DNA from: an uncultured Hyphomicrobiales bacterium
GTDB lineage: Bacteria > Bacteroidota > Ignavibacteria > Kapaibacteriales > UBA2268
Assembly (NCBI GenBank): GCA_964462685.1
Contig: CAYWYR010000014.1
Location: forward strand, 10,813 to 74,812
Direction of reading: 5' to 3'
DNA: 64,000 nucleotides
Part shown: one piece after another, positions 61,702 through 64,000 of the stretch
Layout of the letters: each line of letters starts with the position of its first letter
Numbering within the stretch: the first letter of the stretch is position 1
The notes under the pieces: model-generated
Databases searched by the model: none
What the model was told of the DNA's origin: nothing
The model's input: only the letters and a program-made list of their open reading frames with translations
Position numbers and translations under genes: made by a program

Positions 61702-62979
61702 TTGAATATATACAATACATTAATCGCCTTATCTAAACCTATAAGAACTTTGTATAGGCTTTTCAATAACAAGTTTGCCGAGCGTGAAACCCATAGCTCA
61801 GAACAGCTTGAAAGCCTTATCTCTGATAATATTAAGTATGATATCTGGTTTCACGTAGCATCAATGGGGGAGTATTTTCAAGCTGAGCCTATAATGAAAA
61901 GAATAAAGGAGAAAGATGCTTCTATAAGTATAATAGTCAGTTTCTTTTCACCTTCTGGTTTTAATAACATAAAAGACAGTAGCTGTTTCGACAAGAAAGT
62001 ATATCTACCTTTTGATACCCAGCAGAACGCAAGGCTTTTCATAGAAGCGATTGAGCCTCGCCTTATAATATTTGTCCGGTATGAACTATGGCAGAATATT
62101 TTGAGCTATGCCTCCCGCAAAAATATAGAGACATGGCTAATTGCTGCTGCACCTCCAAATTCCAGCTCTTCAAAAGGGGTGCTTAAGTCATTGCATGTCA
62201 ACGGCTTAAGACTGTTTTCCAAAGTCTTTCCTGTGAGTAAGGAATCTTCAAGATTCTTTGAAGATCTGAATATAGATAATCAGGACCAACTGCCAGACCC
62301 AAGGTATGATGGAATATCTGAAAAGCTGAGTAATGCTAATCCAATCTCCGATGTCTATCAGCTTATAGAAAATCTTGCTGTTGGCAGAAAGATACTGATC
62401 GTAGGAAGCGGATGGCCAGAAGATGATAAAGTCATCACAAAAGCCGTAAAAAATCACTCAGAAAGCGTTTTTACCATTCATGCACCACACGAACCAAACA
62501 CGGACTATTTAAATGATCTACATTCGAAATACCCTAATGCCATAACATTAAGTGATGCCATAGAGAAAACCAAAACCATCGATACCAGTACTGACCGATC
62601 ATTTAGGTTTGATACAATGATAATCGATAGAATAGGTTTGCTCCTTAGCCTTTATAAAATCTCGGATATGGCTTATGTTGGCGGTGGATTCGGAGCTGGT
62701 GTCCATTCCGTTGGCGAGCCTTTCGTTGCCGGTAATTCGATTGCCGCAGGTGCGGATAAGATCTATACCTCTCCGGAATCTAAAGAGCTTATCGAAAACA
62801 ATATATTAGAACCGGTTAATTCAGATACAGAGTTTCAACAATGGCTTGCTAAATCTATTGATACCAAGAGGTTAAGTGAGGTAAATAGCCGATCTGAGAA
62901 ACTTCTCAAAACACTTTTAGGCTCGGCTGAAAAATATACGGAAATGATCTTAGAAAACTTATCTATTCACCCGAGATAG
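61702..62979 (+). CDS. waaA: 3-deoxy-D-manno-octulosonic acid (Kdo) transferase.
   Basis: IWFHVASMGE N-terminal motif and glycosyltransferase-N family architecture. 425 aa. Confidence 0.85.
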   Translation: MNIYNTLIALSKPIRTLYRLFNNKFAERETHSSEQLESLISDNIKYDIWFHVASMGEYFQAEPIMKRIKEKDASISIIVSFFSPSGFNNIKDSSCFDKKVYLPFDTQQNARLFIEAIEPRLIIFVRYELWQNILSYASRKNIETWLIAAAPPNSSSSKGVLKSLHVNGLRLFSKVFPVSKESSRFFEDLNIDNQDQLPDPRYDGISEKLSNANPISDVYQLIENLAVGRKILIVGSGWPEDDKVITKAVKNHSESVFTIHAPHEPNTDYLNDLHSKYPNAITLSDAIEKTKTIDTSTDRSFRFDTMIIDRIGLLLSLYKISDMAYVGGGFGAGVHSVGEPFVAGNSIAAGADKIYTSPESKELIENNILEPVNSDTEFQQWLAKSIDTKRLSEVNSRSEKLLKTLLGSAEKYTEMILENLSIHPR

Positions 62980-63018
62980 GATAATCTTTGTCATCAAAAT
63001 GCTTAAAAACCTGAAGTT

Positions 63019-64000
63019 TCAAATCGTTTTTTCTATATAAGCAAGAGCCTCATTGGTAGCACCGTTCATGTGTATGGCAAGTGAAGAGTTCTGCTGAAAA
63101 TGATCAGTTGTAATAAGCCTGATACAGTCCAGAAATTTTTGATCCACATCAAGATATTGGCCAAGAGAGTTGGGCGTATCATAGAAGAAAGAATCGTTAA
63201 ACAGATTGCTTTTTTGATCAGGGTATAACGGAAGATATCTGATATCAGCCTCTACAAGATCCTGGAAAAAATGCGTACCAAATGACAGTTCCGGTACATA
63301 GCCGCCTTTTTCTCTGGCTACTTCTATAAGCATGGAAGTATTGTTGATATCAGCATAAGTAATAGGTACCCCGAGTTTTATATCACCTTTACTGCCCCAG
63401 CGCCCTGGGCCAATCAGGACAAACTCTTTCTTGGGCAATATCTGGTTTAGCCTACCCACAATATGCCCGACTTCCCTCATGTCTTCGTCGGTCTTCATCT
63501 GAGAGTATGTTGTGTGATCGACATAGACTACAAAGTTGATGTTTTTTATAACTCCAGAGTTTACATATTGATTGGCTGAGAAAACCTTGCTCTTATCAGA
63601 TATGTTAGCAGGGATAGCTACATTACCGGCTTGTGCCAATTTCATCTGTGGGCGGCATTGAAGCAGATATAGCTTTTCACCATCGGAGGCGAACTCAACA
63701 TCCACAGGGGATTCATATTCTTTGGTTAGTTCAGTTAATATCTCTTTTATCAGTTTTATGAAATTAGTGTTCTTAACAAGCCCGTTGAATGTTATAACAC
63801 ATTTCTCGTGTTCAAAATCAGACATCATAGATACCGGATCGACAATGGTATTATCTCGAATAAACGATACCATTTTTTCTATTCCGGGAATATTTCCCCG
63901 GCTTTCATCCATCAGCTTTTGAAACTCGATTGTCTCGAAACTGTTCTCTTCTAAGTTGATTACATCTACAAGGTTTTGGGTATACTTTACGGTATCAGAT
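63019..64000 (-). CDS. PEP/pyruvate-binding (PPDK_N-like) domain protein, C-terminal part. The ORF continues past the window end.
   Basis: …VDVEFASDGEKLYLLQCRPQ… resembles the end of the PEP-synthase/PPDK N-terminal nucleotide-binding domain. The reading frame stays open upstream of the annotated ATG to position 64000. Confidence 0.4.
   Translation of the reverse strand, partial: SDTVKYTQNLVDVINLEENSFETIEFQKLMDESRGNIPGIEKMVSFIRDNTIVDPVSMMSDFEHEKCVITFNGLVKNTNFIKLIKEILTELTKEYESPVDVEFASDGEKLYLLQCRPQMKLAQAGNVAIPANISDKSKVFSANQYVNSGVIKNINFVVYVDHTTYSQMKTDEDMREVGHIVGRLNQILPKKEFVLIGPGRWGSKGDIKLGVPITYADINNTSMLIEVAREKGGYVPELSFGTHFFQDLVEADIRYLPLYPDQKSNLFNDSFFYDTPNSLGQYLDVDQKFLDCIRLITTDHFQQNSSLAIHMNGATNEALAYIEKTI

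Noticed and set aside
63019-63912. Treating the 297-aa ORF as a complete gene.
   Set aside because: The reading frame remains open upstream of the first ATG to the window edge. The gene is truncated by the window, not complete.
1-64000. CRISPR arrays or rRNA genes.
   Set aside because: No regularly spaced short repeats or rRNA-like conserved blocks are visible anywhere. The only RNA gene found is the tRNA at 21275-21348.

Overview
This is a chromosomal segment of about 38-42% GC that looks Bacteroidota/FCB-group. The evidence is a PorX-type PglZ response regulator, T9SS C-terminal sorting domains and an exosortase-F-like pair. The backbone is housekeeping: a K+-type membrane pyrophosphatase (hppA), thrS-gmk, sucD-ndk, RNase R, ribE, fumC, recJ, rsgA, kdtA and an NDH-2. 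Between these genes there is a lot of accessory material, described here from the sequence alone. (1) Four toxin-antitoxin loci: two PIN pairs, one ParE/RelE pair and a three-gene hipB-hipS-hipT locus with a split HipA. (2) The 3' end of hppA, with its terminator, is repeated as two ~210-bp copies that bracket a PIN toxin-antitoxin cassette. (3) A 5.6-kb AT-rich island sits at the 3' end of rsgA, bounded by an 88-bp degenerate duplicate of the rsgA C-terminus. It carries an orphan T9SS C-terminal domain, a gene interrupted by one in-frame TAA, and paralogous HTH and small-membrane-protein modules. (4) recJ is followed within 10 bp by a 1081-aa fusion of a PD-(D/E)xK-like nuclease and an SF1B (Upf1/Dna2-like) helicase, then by an acidic protein. 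(5) A GCS2-like ligase gene overlaps an AstE/AspA-family hydrolase gene. (6) There is a GAF protein with a degenerate GGDEF motif (GNFDD). I saw no CRISPR array, rRNA or phage structural genes. One tRNA-Met(CAT) lies on the minus strand.
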